64,000 nucleotides of DNA. Origin: Cenococcum geophilum (lineage: Eukaryota). This document shows, piece by piece, positions 63,621-64,000 of the stretch (its first letter is position 1; every line of letters starts with the position of its first letter). The translations under genes were made by a program, and so were the position numbers. The stretch lies in the NCBI GenBank assembly GCA_050273025.1, contig CP158635.1:1488001-1552000 (forward strand). Direction: 5' to 3'. A model generated the notes under the pieces. The model made no database searches and was not told the DNA's origin. It saw only the letters and a program-made list of their open reading frames with translations.

Positions 63621-64000
63621 TTACTCCTTATTCTGTGTCTTTATTATTCTAACTATTTTAGCCGCTCTAACTCTAAGTCTACAAAGTCTTTAAAATAGTT
63701 TGACGCTGGTAAAGAGGTTATTAAGCTATATTATGTGCTTTCCTAGAGGATAGAGCCGCTACTAAGTAGTCTTGTGCGTTTATATAAGGCTTAGCGTTAA
63801 TATAATGCTATAAAAGGAAGAGTAGATATAGGATAGCTTACTAAAAGCTACCTATATTACTCCCTAATAACCTTAGTCTTGTAGTTAATCTTAATAGCTA
63901 TATATTGCTTATCTAGCTCCCCTTCCTCATTAATTACATTGTCTTTTACCTAAGTAAAGGCCTAACCTAAGTTTTGGCATACCTCTAGAGTTTTAGGGCG

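Larger units (their letters stand above)
1..64000. mobile_element. Probable interior (cargo region) of a RIP-inactivated Starship-like giant element; boundaries and captain gene not seen in window
   Basis: Whole window carries the RIP signature, including non-TE genes. It contains DUF3723 and ferric-reductase-like relics (families known as Starship auxiliary genes) plus Myb-like, ankyrin and kinase-like genes and many hypothetical genes. No DUF3435 tyrosine recombinase recognised, so the call is an inference. Confidence 0.55.

Noticed and set aside
1..64000. Alternative genetic code (TAA/TAG read as Gln) explaining the in-frame stops
   Set aside because: Stops also replace Trp and Arg codons, conserved Asp/Gly/Cys/His are changed to Asn/Ser/Tyr, and the LTR pair differs only by transitions. 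All of this fits RIP.
1..64000. Starship captain (DUF3435 tyrosine recombinase), patatin or NLR genes
   Set aside because: Looked for but no supporting motifs recognised in this window; they may lie outside it or be too degraded.

Overview
Filamentous-ascomycete genomic DNA, AT-rich and heavily mutated by repeat-induced point mutation (RIP) across the whole window. TpA is in strong excess, and CAA/CAG/TGG codons have become TAA/TAG, so almost no long ORF survives and most ORF-track calls are shadow frames. Reversing C>T/G>A by eye shows a gene-dense block of pseudogenes: a kinase-fold protein, a cupredoxin-like secreted protein, an Hst3/4-like sirtuin, an ankyrin-repeat protein, a Myb/SANT-like gene built from duplicated exon-intron units, a DUF3723 protein with a long coiled-coil tail, a ferric-reductase-like gene, a C-terminal Zn2Cys6 protein, an HMT1/ATM1-type half ABC transporter and an FHA-like plus Ser/Thr kinase gene. 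DUF3723 plus ferric reductase in a uniformly RIP'd block suggests the interior of a dead Starship-type giant mobile element, but no captain tyrosine recombinase or element end is visible. Nested in the block are a complete Ty3/Gypsy chromovirus (49603-57547; 426-bp LTRs; AGGAT target-site duplication), a deleted Ty1/Copia remnant carrying a solo LTR (GGAAG target-site duplication), and further LTR-like relics. The chromovirus has a very long gag and an antisense Cys6 ORF. All protein calls come from manual translation and motif recognition with inferred de-RIP substitutions; no database search was run. Pseudogene boundaries are approximate.
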